Position numbers and translations under genes: made by a program
Part shown: piece after piece, positions 10,159 to 20,064 of the stretch
Position numbering within the stretch: position 1 is the stretch's first letter
Layout: every line of letters begins with the position of its first letter
Notes under the pieces: model-generated
What the model was told of the DNA's origin: nothing
The model's database searches: none
Seen by the model: only the letters and a program-made list of their open reading frames with translations
NCBI GenBank assembly: GCA_052035175.1
Contig: JBPOHV010000001.1
Span: forward strand, 459,338 to 523,337
Direction: 5' to 3'
Length of the DNA stretch: 64,000 nt
DNA from: a candidate division WWE3 bacterium
Lineage (GTDB): Bacteria; Patescibacteriota; WWE3; UBA101185; UBA10185

Positions 10159-10225
10159 AGAATTTATATTAATCCTTGAAATCTGCAGTGATTATAAATT
10201 ATTCGTGGTTTTTATTCCAGAGATT

Positions 10226-10258
10226 AAAAATACCCAACTGTATTTAATAGTTGGGTAT
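10226..10258 (-). terminator. Rho-independent terminator
   Basis: ATACCCAACT / AGTTGGGTAT 10-bp stem followed by a T-run on the minus strand, directly after the 10258..10575 stop. Confidence 0.7.
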
Positions 10259-10575
10259 CATTTTGTGAGGTGATTGTTAATTGTTCTAAGTTCTGTTAAG
10301 AACTCTATTAACCAATCATCCCCTATGGCGGTTTTTTCCGGGTATACTGCTTGGAGTAGAAATTCCATTTTCTTGGTGAGTCGATTACCTACTGCCAAAG
10401 TTTTACCTCGATATGTGACGAGAATTACTTCTCGCCACTGTTTGCGCGGCGCTCTGTTATGCCCCCGCGACTTACTGACGAACTCTGTCAGCACAACCCC
10501 TTGCTTTACCAAGGGATTTTCTTTTTGGAGCTCGCGTTCTATCTCCTCAAGGATTTCTTGTTCCCAAGTTTCCAT
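10258..10575 (-). CDS. Hypothetical protein
   Basis: 105-aa ORF with an AAGGAG Shine-Dalgarno and its own terminator. Confidence 0.6.
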   Translation of the reverse strand: METWEQEILEEIERELQKENPLVKQGVVLTEFVSKSRGHNRAPRKQWREVILVTYRGKTLAVGNRLTKKMEFLLQAVYPEKTAIGDDWLIEFLTELRTINNHLTK

Positions 10576-10676
10576 GTGTCTCCTTTTTTAAATTTTAGTT
10601 TATAGGTTATCAGATTTGATGTAAATAGGTTACATCTTAACTTTTGTATGTGTAGCTTTTATCGTATAGTGGTGTT

Positions 10677-11204
10677 ATGAAAACTTGTGTTATAGGTCCT
10701 TCTGGCGGCGGAAAAACTTATTTAGCTACTAAATTATCCGAAAAATTGGGAATTTCACACATAAACTTGGACTATGTTTTTTATAAGCACGTTGTAGCTA
10801 AAAAGCGTGAAGCAATTCCAGAAGTTGAGTGGAAAGCAAATTTGGCTACTATTATTTCACAAAGTTCATGGATAATTGAAGGTGTAAACCCTATAAAAGA
10901 AGTTTTTGATGCTGCAGATAGTATTGTTTATTTAAGACCATCAGTTATTTTCGCTTTGTATAGACAGTGGAAAAGATATTTTACTGACCCAAAGCAAAGA
11001 AGAGAGCATGGTTTTAAGAATAATTTACTGCTGTCAAAGTATTTGATTATGCAATATATAGAAGAGCCTGATGCTACAAAAATGGATGATCCTAAATATT
11101 CACGCGTGAAGAAGTTGGATAAAGTATTACAAGGTTATGGTGATAAAGTGATTGTTTTAAAAACTAAATCCGACGTGGCTAGCTATCTGGCTAGTATGCA
11201 TTAG
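10677..11204 (+). CDS. Adenylate kinase-like / FlaR-type P-loop protein
   Basis: GPSGGGKT, HINLD, WIIEG. Confidence 0.8.
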   Translation: MKTCVIGPSGGGKTYLATKLSEKLGISHINLDYVFYKHVVAKKREAIPEVEWKANLATIISQSSWIIEGVNPIKEVFDAADSIVYLRPSVIFALYRQWKRYFTDPKQRREHGFKNNLLLSKYLIMQYIEEPDATKMDDPKYSRVKKLDKVLQGYGDKVIVLKTKSDVASYLASMH

Positions 11205-11307
11205 TATTTTGTGTGGATTCCTTATAATGGGTCAGGTATGGTTTCACACCAAGAACTATGGTGTAGTTATAACCTGGTTTTGGTGTGTGCGGATATAGAT
11301 AGGGATG

Positions 11308-12006
11308 TTAAGGGTTACTAGTATGTTGCGATTTGAAATAGCTAACTACTTCTTCCTGAAAAGCCCGCATTGATTTGTATCCTAAGTCCCACGAATCCTT
11401 TGCACTTCTAGCGTATATGTAGTCTTTACCATTTTTTGAATAATCTTTATATTTGTGAATTTTGAATTTTCCACCTGAGGGGTCAACAGTAATCCACCTA
11501 CCCTCATTTTCTAAATAAACATCAATAAATATATGTCCTTGCATTGGCGGTGTTTCTGGATTGCCTATTTCAAAAGAAGCCGCCTCGTGTTCGCACCATT
11601 CCTTCTGCAAGGTTTCCGTATATACGCAAGGTATGCCTTTGGCTAGTAATAATGCTCTGACAACATGACCAGTTTCAATACACCCGCTTATATTTCTAGT
11701 TCTCATTCTATCCGGCAATAGATTACTTTCATCTAACAGTTCATCGGCGGTTCTTAGTCTTTTATCAATTTTTAGATTCGGTTGTTGTTGGTATAGTTGT
11801 AGTAAGTCTTCTCTTGAAGGAATCATAGTCATAACAAAGTCGCATACTTCCAAAGTAAGTTTTTCTCCTTGGACTTCGTGTTTAGGATCTATTTCTTTTG
11901 CTACTGCTTTAACTTTTTCTGTTACTAATGTTTGTTCCCCTTGTTTTCTAGCAAGTTCTAGAAGCGTGTCTTCTGATTGTATATCGTTGTTTTTTAGGTA
12001 TGTCAT
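11308..12006 (-). CDS. Transglutaminase-like cysteine protease domain protein
   Basis: SGCIE...LLAKGIP...GHIFIDVY...WITVDPS (Cys-His-Asp core). Confidence 0.8.
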   Translation of the reverse strand: MTYLKNNDIQSEDTLLELARKQGEQTLVTEKVKAVAKEIDPKHEVQGEKLTLEVCDFVMTMIPSREDLLQLYQQQPNLKIDKRLRTADELLDESNLLPDRMRTRNISGCIETGHVVRALLLAKGIPCVYTETLQKEWCEHEAASFEIGNPETPPMQGHIFIDVYLENEGRWITVDPSGGKFKIHKYKDYSKNGKDYIYARSAKDSWDLGYKSMRAFQEEVVSYFKSQHTSNP

Positions 12007-12090
12007 AAATTAAATTATAGATATAAAAGTTGTTTTAAAAATAGTATGAGATGTTGGCTGACTATAATGTTGTTGTGACGGGAAAATATT

Positions 12091-12165
12091 TGGTGAGGGC
12101 GGTGGGGATCGGACCCACGACACGCGGCTTAAAAGGCCGCTGCTCTACCACTGAGCTACGCCCCC
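12091..12165 (-). tRNA. tRNA-Lys(UUU)
   Basis: GGGGGCGTAGCTCAGTGGTAGAGCAGCGGCCTTTTAAGCCGCGTGTCGTGGGTCCGATCCCCACCGCCCTCACCA; cloverleaf with encoded CCA. Confidence 0.95.
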
Positions 12166-12193
12166 AAACTGAATATATTCAAATGTCAAAAGC

Positions 12194-12304
12194 AAAAGGC
12201 CGATGCTCTACCACTGAGCATTAGTCACGCTTAGCGGGACGCTGGCGAGCATGATTTACATGCGAGACAGACACCCCCTCACTAATGGGGCGATGCCCCA
12301 AACT
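12194..12304 (-). pseudogene. Partial duplicate of the tRNA-Lys 5' half interrupted by a ~75-bp palindromic insert
   Basis: 12194-12219 matches 12131-12156 at 25/26 nt; gccccaaact (12295-12304) repeats the tRNA 5' end and flank; the insert is bounded by CATTAGT/ACTAATG. Confidence 0.7.
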
Positions 12305-12370
12305 CCATGGAATTATACATAATTTACCCGTGGTTTACAAAGGTTTAGCACTGCCAGTACAATAGTACAT

Positions 12371-13537
12371 ATGTCACTAAGCATTTATCCAGAACATTAC
12401 TCAAACTTTGAAGATCAGCAAGAGACAGGCAAAAAGACTTACATACTACCAATTCCTAGTGGGGGATCTATAGAAATAACAGCAGCTCAAGAAAAAGGCA
12501 CGATGAAACAAGGTCTATACAGCGTTGTCTACCCATTGGACGATAACAGAGTAGCCAAATTGAGCCATTTGGGGGTTACAGATATGGCTGGTGGATCTAT
12601 AGAAATAGATGGTCCAGAATTGGGAGACCGTTTGCAAGAAGTTTCAGAGTCTTCTGATAAGTCTGCAGCTGATTTAGCAAGGCGCAAAGCTTGGGTGAAG
12701 ATGCTAGAGGTAGCCAATCACAAGCAAGATATTCATGAATATCTAGAGCATTACGTGCATGGGTTTTTACTAGACCGTGACCTTATGACGATTGTTGACT
12801 CTCCAAGGAAAGCTTTGGATAAAATCTTACAATCATTTCCTGAAGGCGCGTATATTGATAAGCGTGTGCCTGATCACGAAATAAGCGTTTTGGAGATAGT
12901 TGAGAAGATTAGATTTAGTTTTTCCGATTTACCATTTGAAGGGTTGCAAGTCGCTTACGAGCGCCCATCGATTAAGCCTCAACTTAAGCAATTTTCTACA
13001 GGCGCATTACATTCTATTTTACAAGGTGGTCAGATGCTAGATATATCAGATTCAAATGGTGTGAGGTTGGTTTTTAAAGATGGCAGTGACCCTGTAGATA
13101 CTACGAATATCGAAACACTCTTAGGAGTTTTGACTGGCGAAATAACAGATATTATGCCTGTACCCAAAAATGTCGGGGTTACAAAAGATAAGCAAAATCC
13201 TAGACTAGTTTTGTACGATGAAGACCCTCTTCACGAAATAATAAATACGCCTATGCACGGTTTTGCACACGAAATAGCAAATTTGATACGTAACCAAGAT
13301 TATCAAGGAATAAAAGATATGTTTGATGCAGATGAGATTGTAGAAAGACCAACAAAGTCCAATGAAACTGGTAGAGTAATAAGTAAAAAACCTGACGATC
13401 GCTTGTTGCAGGCTAAATTGGCCATAACTAATCATTTATTATTACTGAAATACCTAGGGGCTGATTTTGATGAAGATTACACTTTTGATGCTACGACAAC
13501 CCATCTTTTGAGGTCTAGAAAGCCTACACACGTATAA
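12371..13537 (+). CDS. Hypothetical protein, possibly a divergent protein kinase-like fold
   Basis: QGLYSVVY...RVAKL and D....KNVGV...RLVLYD resemble kinase subdomains. Confidence 0.45.
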   Translation: MSLSIYPEHYSNFEDQQETGKKTYILPIPSGGSIEITAAQEKGTMKQGLYSVVYPLDDNRVAKLSHLGVTDMAGGSIEIDGPELGDRLQEVSESSDKSAADLARRKAWVKMLEVANHKQDIHEYLEHYVHGFLLDRDLMTIVDSPRKALDKILQSFPEGAYIDKRVPDHEISVLEIVEKIRFSFSDLPFEGLQVAYERPSIKPQLKQFSTGALHSILQGGQMLDISDSNGVRLVFKDGSDPVDTTNIETLLGVLTGEITDIMPVPKNVGVTKDKQNPRLVLYDEDPLHEIINTPMHGFAHEIANLIRNQDYQGIKDMFDADEIVERPTKSNETGRVISKKPDDRLLQAKLAITNHLLLLKYLGADFDEDYTFDATTTHLLRSRKPTHV

Positions 13538-13995
13538 AGAGTAATTCTTGAGTCATCGGTCTCGTTTAGTATGTGTGTTTGATCTGGGGACACCATAAAA
13601 GTGCTAGAAATTTCAAACTTTTGAGTTGATCCATCAGAATAATCGATTTCAATATAATCGCCTTTATTTACTTTGTTTAAGCTTCCCAAAAGGTTTGGTC
13701 GATTGTGACCATAGAACACACTATTTCCTTGTGCACCTGGGATAGGCGTATTCGACAAGTATGAAACGCCATCATCTGTATATTCCCACGTATGTCCTTT
13801 GTATGTACTTGGGAAAATGTTTAGGTCGATATTTACTGCAGGTATTTTTATTCTTTTTGGTAAAACATTTTTTTGTAAAGGTGTGTTTGCTGTTTCTGCG
13901 ATTATAGGTCTATTTCTCACATAGTAAATGTTGCCAATAGTATATATTGAATACGAACAAACCAGTAAAAGGGCTATAGTAATAGCTTTTTTCAT
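13477..13995 (-). CDS. Sortase
   Basis: N-terminal TM; RIKIPAVNID, GNSVFYGH, ITLYTC and downstream R (His-Cys-Arg triad). Confidence 0.92.
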   Translation of the reverse strand: MKKAITIALLLVCSYSIYTIGNIYYVRNRPIIAETANTPLQKNVLPKRIKIPAVNIDLNIFPSTYKGHTWEYTDDGVSYLSNTPIPGAQGNSVFYGHNRPNLLGSLNKVNKGDYIEIDYSDGSTQKFEISSTFMVSPDQTHILNETDDSRITLYTCVGFLDLKRWVVVASKV

Positions 13996-13996
13996 T

Positions 13997-14647
13997 TTAG
14001 TCTTTCTTTTTATTTTTAGAAGGTCTGTTTATATAAACACTAGTACCGAATGTGGTAGCAGCTGTTATACCAAATCCAATAATTGCTGGAGTGTCACCAG
14101 TATTTGCGAGTCCTAGTACTTGGCCACCAATGCCCAAGCGCGTTGTTGAGTAACCTGTAGCCAGTATGTCCCCGCCAAGTCCACCGCGACCACCATCATT
14201 ATCGTCATCTTCATCTTCATCGTCGTCGTTGTTGTTATCGTGGCAATCGTAAGACAAGTTCTTTGCTAGGTAAGGCTCTTCCTCAAGTCCCCAAAGTGCT
14301 CCATTTGGGATATATGTCCAACCTTGCTTTTGAAGCTCTGCAACCTCTTCTAGAGACATTTCAGACACTTTCCACCAATTGGTTTGCGTTCCGTTACCTT
14401 CATTAGGACAAAAGCATTGTACCAAGGTGTCTTGTGTAAGCGTATAGACTGCATCGCTTCCAGTTTGTTCTGAATAAACTCCAACAATGCCGTGTATACC
14501 AGAAGCATATGAGACTTTAAGTTGTCCTTGTGGATTTTCGCAATCTGCAAAAGTAGGTTCTGATATCTCAGAAGCGTTGGTTATTTGAGTTACAGCAAGA
14601 GAAGCTATTAAAATAAATGTTGCTACAAAGAGCCTGCCTTTTTTCAT
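13997..14647 (-). CDS. Secreted sortase substrate with LANTG sorting signal
   Basis: Signal peptide, Cys-containing domain, acidic linker, LANTG + hydrophobic segment + KNKKKD tail. Confidence 0.75.
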   Translation of the reverse strand: MKKGRLFVATFILIASLAVTQITNASEISEPTFADCENPQGQLKVSYASGIHGIVGVYSEQTGSDAVYTLTQDTLVQCFCPNEGNGTQTNWWKVSEMSLEEVAELQKQGWTYIPNGALWGLEEEPYLAKNLSYDCHDNNNDDDEDEDDDNDGGRGGLGGDILATGYSTTRLGIGGQVLGLANTGDTPAIIGFGITAATTFGTSVYINRPSKNKKKD

Positions 14648-14737
14648 ATAAAACATTGGCAGGTTGGGGCAGATAGTACCACAATGACCTATAAAGATCA
14701 ACTATAAGGAAGGCAGCACATACTTGGTTTGATATAG

Positions 14738-15982
14738 TTAGTTATTTGTGAAGTAATCGATAAGTGAGATTAACTTTTCGTGAAGTTTGTATAATAGGTT
14801 CTTTTTTTGCTTTATTAATTCGATTGTTATGTCTGCTTGTTCTGTTGTTGGAATATTTATACTTTTGTCGAAATAACCATCTGCCTTTATATCTACTTTT
14901 GTTGTGTTCTCTATGTATGTTATTTCAAACTTACCTGTATCGTTTGCAATAAATAATTTATTTCCAACATACAATTTGGCAAACGGTACACTTTTGCCCA
15001 AACTATTTATTATCTGACCTGTTAATACTTTTGGCGTGTAAAATTTTGTTAGCGTCGTCACAGCTTTTCGCGGTGTGCTATCTGGTTCCCATAATGCCGT
15101 AGAACTATCTATGTTTGACCAATAATTCATTCCAATAACGTTGTTGTTGTTCATCAATAAACTTAGTGCTTTTTCTAACCAGTCTTGTTGTTCCTGCTGT
15201 GTAAATTCTCCGTGTATGTCTGGAATTGGCGCGCCAAATTCTCCCAATATAATTTTTCCTCCACTTGATATCGCCAATTGTGTTAAATCGGCCGAAAGCT
15301 TTTCTGGAGTTTCAACGTAATGATCGACTGCTACTATTCCATCTAGTGCTTTTGTTGTTGGTTTATCCATTGTAGCTAAAGCAACATCGCCATTCATAGA
15401 TAAATAATTAGACGCGACATTTTTGTTTATTTTTTTGAACGCTGCTTTTGTAATCTTATATTCTTGTATCAAAAAATCTCGATGACCTTGTATATCACCT
15501 GTATGCCTTGGATCTCCAGGCCCGCCATTCTCACATTCTGGACATGCCGAAAAGACATCTCCATCTTCAAAAAGATCTTGATGTGACAAAATAAATTGTT
15601 CAGTCATTTCCAAATGCGTTTCGCGCGTTATACGTGGGTATTTGAACCATCCTTCCCAGCCGCTCCAGTTACCACGAAACCAAACATGCAAGTTATACTT
15701 TCTGGCTGTAGCAACCCATCTTTTTAAGAATGGTAGAAACTCTTCGTCATAAGGTGTCGCAATACCAATATGCGTAGCGCCAGTTTTTGCTATTTCATTT
15801 ACTTGTTGATCTATTATTGCGTCAAAAGTTGGATTGTCTAGTTTTTCGCGCGCTTTATCTCGAGAATATTTCATAGTATCAATTGATTGAAAGTCCCAAA
15901 GTGATTTTGCGGATATATGATGTGGTATCAAACTAATACACACAAATATTAATACAGAAAATAATTTTTTAGTGTTTTTCAT
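14738..15982 (-). CDS. Secreted glycoside hydrolase-like (TIM barrel) protein with C-terminal carboxypeptidase-regulatory-like domain
   Basis: Signal peptide; PECENG and ILGEFG as candidate clan GH-A glutamates; IGMNYW; C-terminal LTGQI...IKADGY beta-sandwich. Confidence 0.6.
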   Translation of the reverse strand: MKNTKKLFSVLIFVCISLIPHHISAKSLWDFQSIDTMKYSRDKAREKLDNPTFDAIIDQQVNEIAKTGATHIGIATPYDEEFLPFLKRWVATARKYNLHVWFRGNWSGWEGWFKYPRITRETHLEMTEQFILSHQDLFEDGDVFSACPECENGGPGDPRHTGDIQGHRDFLIQEYKITKAAFKKINKNVASNYLSMNGDVALATMDKPTTKALDGIVAVDHYVETPEKLSADLTQLAISSGGKIILGEFGAPIPDIHGEFTQQEQQDWLEKALSLLMNNNNVIGMNYWSNIDSSTALWEPDSTPRKAVTTLTKFYTPKVLTGQIINSLGKSVPFAKLYVGNKLFIANDTGKFEITYIENTTKVDIKADGYFDKSINIPTTEQADITIELIKQKKNLLYKLHEKLISLIDYFTNN

Positions 15983-17673
15983 TTTTGATTGTTAAATGTA
16001 GCATCTGTATTTAGTTGACCAATATATTCTGGTTTTATTTCATAAATATCTGCAAAAGGGAATTTACCAACCAAATTATATTTTTCTAGACCTGTTGTTT
16101 CTTTTACTGCTTTCCATGTCAGGTCGTTATCGTCATATGTCCTCATGATAATCCAACGTGCCCACCTATCTGGTAAGGCTGTAGCGCTTTGCCAGTATAA
16201 GCCAGTACCTTCATGTATAAACCGTTTCATAGGCAAACCAGATGAAAATATAATTGCGTCGTGCGAAGCTGCTGATATTAAAACAAAGCCTTTTTCGTTT
16301 AATGCATGGTCATACAACCAACCACTTACTTCAGAGACATTTTTTTGGCTAGATCCAACTCGTGCATCGTCTATCGTTACCGCGTCAAAACTTACAAATT
16401 GAAAAAACGTAACTAAAAAGAGCAAGCCAGCTATTGCTATTCGCATGTTTACTGCTTTATCAAATAAGTATCCAATGAAAATAGCAATAGCTGGCATAAG
16501 CATTATTCCGTATCTTACATTAAACCAAGTATCACCAGATAAGCCTTGTATAAACAAAACAGAGTGCCCCATGTATAAAGCTAATATATTAAAAAAGAAT
16601 GGAGCTATAAGTGCTGTTGAAGCATACTTAACATACTTGGTTATTCTTTTATCAAACCATGAGTATACCAATCCTAATACTCCCAAGATTACGTGCATAG
16701 CCCCAGAGTTGTAGACTAACGCGTATATATAGAACTTTACAGATAACCATAAGTTATGCTTGGTTTGCAATACTCCTGCGTTTTGTAGTTGGTCTTGTTG
16801 TGCTTTGGCTGAAAATGGTCCAAAAGCAAAATATAGCGGGTCTTTAAATATCAAAGCGTTCCACAATAACCATAGCATTATGCCAAAAGAAGCGAGCGTA
16901 CCGAACAAAACCAAAGTTCCTTCAGTTTGGAAATAATTGTTTTTTAATTGGTGAAAAACCCTTTGTAATCTTTGTTTAAGTGGTGCATGTTCTATGTCGG
17001 CATATTTGAAAAGAGTATGTATTGCTACCAAAGCACAACCCCACGCAAGCAAAAACCAACCATCATATCTAGCTAATGTAGAAAACATTATCCACATAGC
17101 AGACTTAATTAAATGCAAGATCTTGTCATTTTTATGCCAAAGCATCAACTCGTATGCTGCTATTGTCATAGTCGCAATTAATAACAATTCGGTCATAGCG
17201 GTTGATTGCAGATAAAGTACATTTAAATTCGTCACCCATACGATTACGCCTGCAAGCTTTCCGACCATGCTTATATTCAAAGCATCTAGATATTTGTAGA
17301 TAATCATGCCTGTGACAACAAAAGAAATCATCGAGATGATTGCTCCTGCCAACCCAGAGTGCCACATAAAATCATTCCAGATTGTAGGTACCATTAGTAA
17401 ATGTGGTAACGGTAGCCAGACAGACCCCAACTGCGCAAGTCCTGGTTTCAAACCTTCTACTACGCGCCTACCAATATCCAAGTGTGAGCGAGCATCATTA
17501 TAAGCGAGACCTAAATGGTTGTTGTAATAATATATAAATTGAGAAATGGATATCGTAGAGAGTGCGATAAACAAAAATATAGAAATGTGTTTTTGCAAAA
17601 AATATACTAGCCGGTCAAACCAGTTTGTGGGGATATTGAGGCTAATAATGTATTTCTCGTGTTCATTTCTCAT
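15979..17673 (-). CDS. GT-C fold (PMT/ArnT-like) membrane glycosyltransferase
   Basis: Many TM helices, acidic first loop YNDARSH, AMTE and LARYDGW motifs. Confidence 0.7.
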   Translation of the reverse strand: MRNEHEKYIISLNIPTNWFDRLVYFLQKHISIFLFIALSTISISQFIYYYNNHLGLAYNDARSHLDIGRRVVEGLKPGLAQLGSVWLPLPHLLMVPTIWNDFMWHSGLAGAIISMISFVVTGMIIYKYLDALNISMVGKLAGVIVWVTNLNVLYLQSTAMTELLLIATMTIAAYELMLWHKNDKILHLIKSAMWIMFSTLARYDGWFLLAWGCALVAIHTLFKYADIEHAPLKQRLQRVFHQLKNNYFQTEGTLVLFGTLASFGIMLWLLWNALIFKDPLYFAFGPFSAKAQQDQLQNAGVLQTKHNLWLSVKFYIYALVYNSGAMHVILGVLGLVYSWFDKRITKYVKYASTALIAPFFFNILALYMGHSVLFIQGLSGDTWFNVRYGIMLMPAIAIFIGYLFDKAVNMRIAIAGLLFLVTFFQFVSFDAVTIDDARVGSSQKNVSEVSGWLYDHALNEKGFVLISAASHDAIIFSSGLPMKRFIHEGTGLYWQSATALPDRWARWIIMRTYDDNDLTWKAVKETTGLEKYNLVGKFPFADIYEIKPEYIGQLNTDATFNNQK

Positions 17674-19315
17674 GATCAGGCTTTACAAATTTTAATAGTA
17701 TCAAAACAAAAGTGGATGATATCAAACCGTATATTATCCAGAAATATTGCCAAGCGGTTATATGTTTGTGTGCAAAGCTTACAAACCCAGCAGATTTTGA
17801 AATGTTACTACTAAGTGTATCCAAATTTCTTTGCACTGTATACCTTTGTACTTTATTTGTAGTCTTTTCTAAAGCGAGAATTTCCACTTTTGGAGGCATA
17901 GCATTAGATGTTAACGCTCCTGCAGTATTAATATATGCAGATACATCAAACAAAATCACAAAAGCAATTACAAATAAAAAGCTTTTTTTATAGTTTGAAA
18001 GCGCTATCGCTAAATAAATAGCCAATATACCAAATACAGGAACTAAGTACCTTGGGCCAAACGCCCATCCACCCCAAACATCACCCCACATGGCATAAAG
18101 ACATACCAAGAGGCCAGAAACTCCTAGGAGTAGCGTGTGCATAACTTTATTAGATTTTTGTAAGAAGGCCATTCCATAAAAAGCCAAGATCATTACAGGT
18201 GCAAAAAATATAAATCCGCGATCTGGACTCAAAAATAAGATATACAGCCCATTTAACATTTCTCGCGTTTCAAAGTAATGCAAAGTATTTCTACTTTCGG
18301 TCTCTTGTTCAACGTCAAGATTTTCTTTTATAACAGCCTTGTTTTCGTCTTTGAATACTATTGGGTTACCTTGTTTGTCAAATTCCTGTACTTGTACAAC
18401 CGTACCAGCCAACTGCAAAGGATTTCCGTAAGATGTTTTATTAAACCAAAAGAAGAACGCAATAGCAGGAATTGCAGTGACTACACACAGAGTATATAGA
18501 GGTCTAAAAACCATTTTTAATTTATTGGTCTCTTTAGATATTTTTAGTACTTGTGTAACTGCATATATAGCAAAAGGTAGTAAAATTATCGCATTTGGGT
18601 AGTCTACTGAAATTGCAAGAAAGTAGGTAAAAGAAATAACCAACAATGTTTTATAGTTATCCCACTTCACAATCGCGTACAGACTTATCAAAATTAATAG
18701 TAATGTAACGTGGTGTTGATAAAGGCTTACTCCATATGCAAAAGCATTGGTGCCGAATAAAAAAGCCAGTGCAGCCAATACAGCTGCATATTTATTTGCT
18801 CCTAATTTTTTTGAAATCTCTATAATCAGTAAAACATTTATAAAAGCAATAAAAGTAATTACAGCATAAGTTCCCAATTGTGCTGCACCCAAAGCTTTAC
18901 CTATAACATATCCTGGAATTATTAAAAAAGAAACGCCTGGTGCAAATAACGAAACAAAGTTCCCATTAAAAAATCCCAAGTCGGGTGCAGCCAAACGCGC
19001 GACATCTTTTGAAAAATACAGTGTGTGATCTTCGACGACCGAATACATAAGCGCATAGCGTCCTCTGTCTGGGGATAGCTCGAGCGGGCCATCTTCTTTC
19101 CAGTTACTAGTGTTGAGTTCGGTTATAGAAGGATTTCCCACCATGCCTTTTATGCTTAGTGCAAGTATTGCAATTACTAAGATAAAGGCTATATATAGTG
19201 TTTTTTCTTTTATGCTTATTACTTTTTGAACCAATTGCTTAAGTAAAGGTGCAGCTATTTTGGCATTTATATCGAGGTTAGATATTTTGTTGTATATATA
19301 CTTTACGTTAAGCAT
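17663..19315 (-). CDS. GT-C fold-like multi-pass membrane protein
   Basis: Many TM helices, SPDRG, WGGWAFGPRYL; start set at ATG 19315 just after the SDR stop. Confidence 0.65.
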   Translation of the reverse strand: MLNVKYIYNKISNLDINAKIAAPLLKQLVQKVISIKEKTLYIAFILVIAILALSIKGMVGNPSITELNTSNWKEDGPLELSPDRGRYALMYSVVEDHTLYFSKDVARLAAPDLGFFNGNFVSLFAPGVSFLIIPGYVIGKALGAAQLGTYAVITFIAFINVLLIIEISKKLGANKYAAVLAALAFLFGTNAFAYGVSLYQHHVTLLLILISLYAIVKWDNYKTLLVISFTYFLAISVDYPNAIILLPFAIYAVTQVLKISKETNKLKMVFRPLYTLCVVTAIPAIAFFFWFNKTSYGNPLQLAGTVVQVQEFDKQGNPIVFKDENKAVIKENLDVEQETESRNTLHYFETREMLNGLYILFLSPDRGFIFFAPVMILAFYGMAFLQKSNKVMHTLLLGVSGLLVCLYAMWGDVWGGWAFGPRYLVPVFGILAIYLAIALSNYKKSFLFVIAFVILFDVSAYINTAGALTSNAMPPKVEILALEKTTNKVQRYTVQRNLDTLSSNISKSAGFVSFAHKHITAWQYFWIIYGLISSTFVLILLKFVKPDHEK

Positions 19316-19316
19316 T

Positions 19317-20063
19317 TTAGATATTCTGATATTTATTTTTAATAACAAAATTTTCGAAATCGACTTCATCGTATCTAATAATGTCTCCAATTATTTCTGC
19401 AACCCGATATGGGGACAAGTGATTGCCTGCTTTACTAGATACAAAATTTGTCATAGCAGATGGTAAGACGGCAATTACTCTTATGCCAAAGGGTTTTAAC
19501 TCATTTTTAAGAACATTAGTCATGCCTTCGACTGCATATTTTGTACTAGCATACAAAGATTTGTAAGGTGAGATCATACTATTGCGGGAGATTTTAGAAC
19601 CAATGTTTATTATAGTTCCTTGTTTTTGCTCTTTCATGTATTCTGCTGCATACTTTGATGTCAAAAAGTTTGATTTGATATTAACCGCAAGATATTCGTC
19701 TATGATATCTGAGGTAATCTCGCTTAGTTGTTTGTCGTATGTTACCGCGGCATTATTTATCAAAACATCTATTTTGCCGTATTCTTTGTGTATTTGATCA
19801 AAAATTGCGGCCACTTCGCTTTCATTTGTTATATCGCAAACCAGTGTATGCAACTTGTCTTGATTAGTAGCCGCAGATCTTGATAATGCGATAACATTAG
19901 CACCAGAATTATGCATATACTCTACAAGACACTTACCCAACCCCGTACTTGTACCAGTAATCACGATGATTTTTTCTGACAATTTGTTACTCGTCGGAAC
20001 CTCTAGCAGTTTTTGTTTGACAAGCAGATGAATTGTACGTTTTATATCCTTTAAAATTGTCAT
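19317..20063 (-). CDS. SDR family oxidoreductase
   Basis: ITGTSTGLG, LINNA, YASTK. Confidence 0.92.
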   Translation of the reverse strand: MTILKDIKRTIHLLVKQKLLEVPTSNKLSEKIIVITGTSTGLGKCLVEYMHNSGANVIALSRSAATNQDKLHTLVCDITNESEVAAIFDQIHKEYGKIDVLINNAAVTYDKQLSEITSDIIDEYLAVNIKSNFLTSKYAAEYMKEQKQGTIINIGSKISRNSMISPYKSLYASTKYAVEGMTNVLKNELKPFGIRVIAVLPSAMTNFVSSKAGNHLSPYRVAEIIGDIIRYDEVDFENFVIKNKYQNI

Positions 20064-20064
20064 A

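Noticed and set aside
11205-11307. CACACCAA/TTGGTGTG inverted repeat between convergent genes as an ncRNA
   Set aside because: Short stem, no further recognisable structure or promoter; may be a weak terminator or chance.
12345-12352. TTAGCACT as a second CIRCE site
   Set aside because: Only a half site, with no matching right arm, and the downstream gene is not a chaperone.
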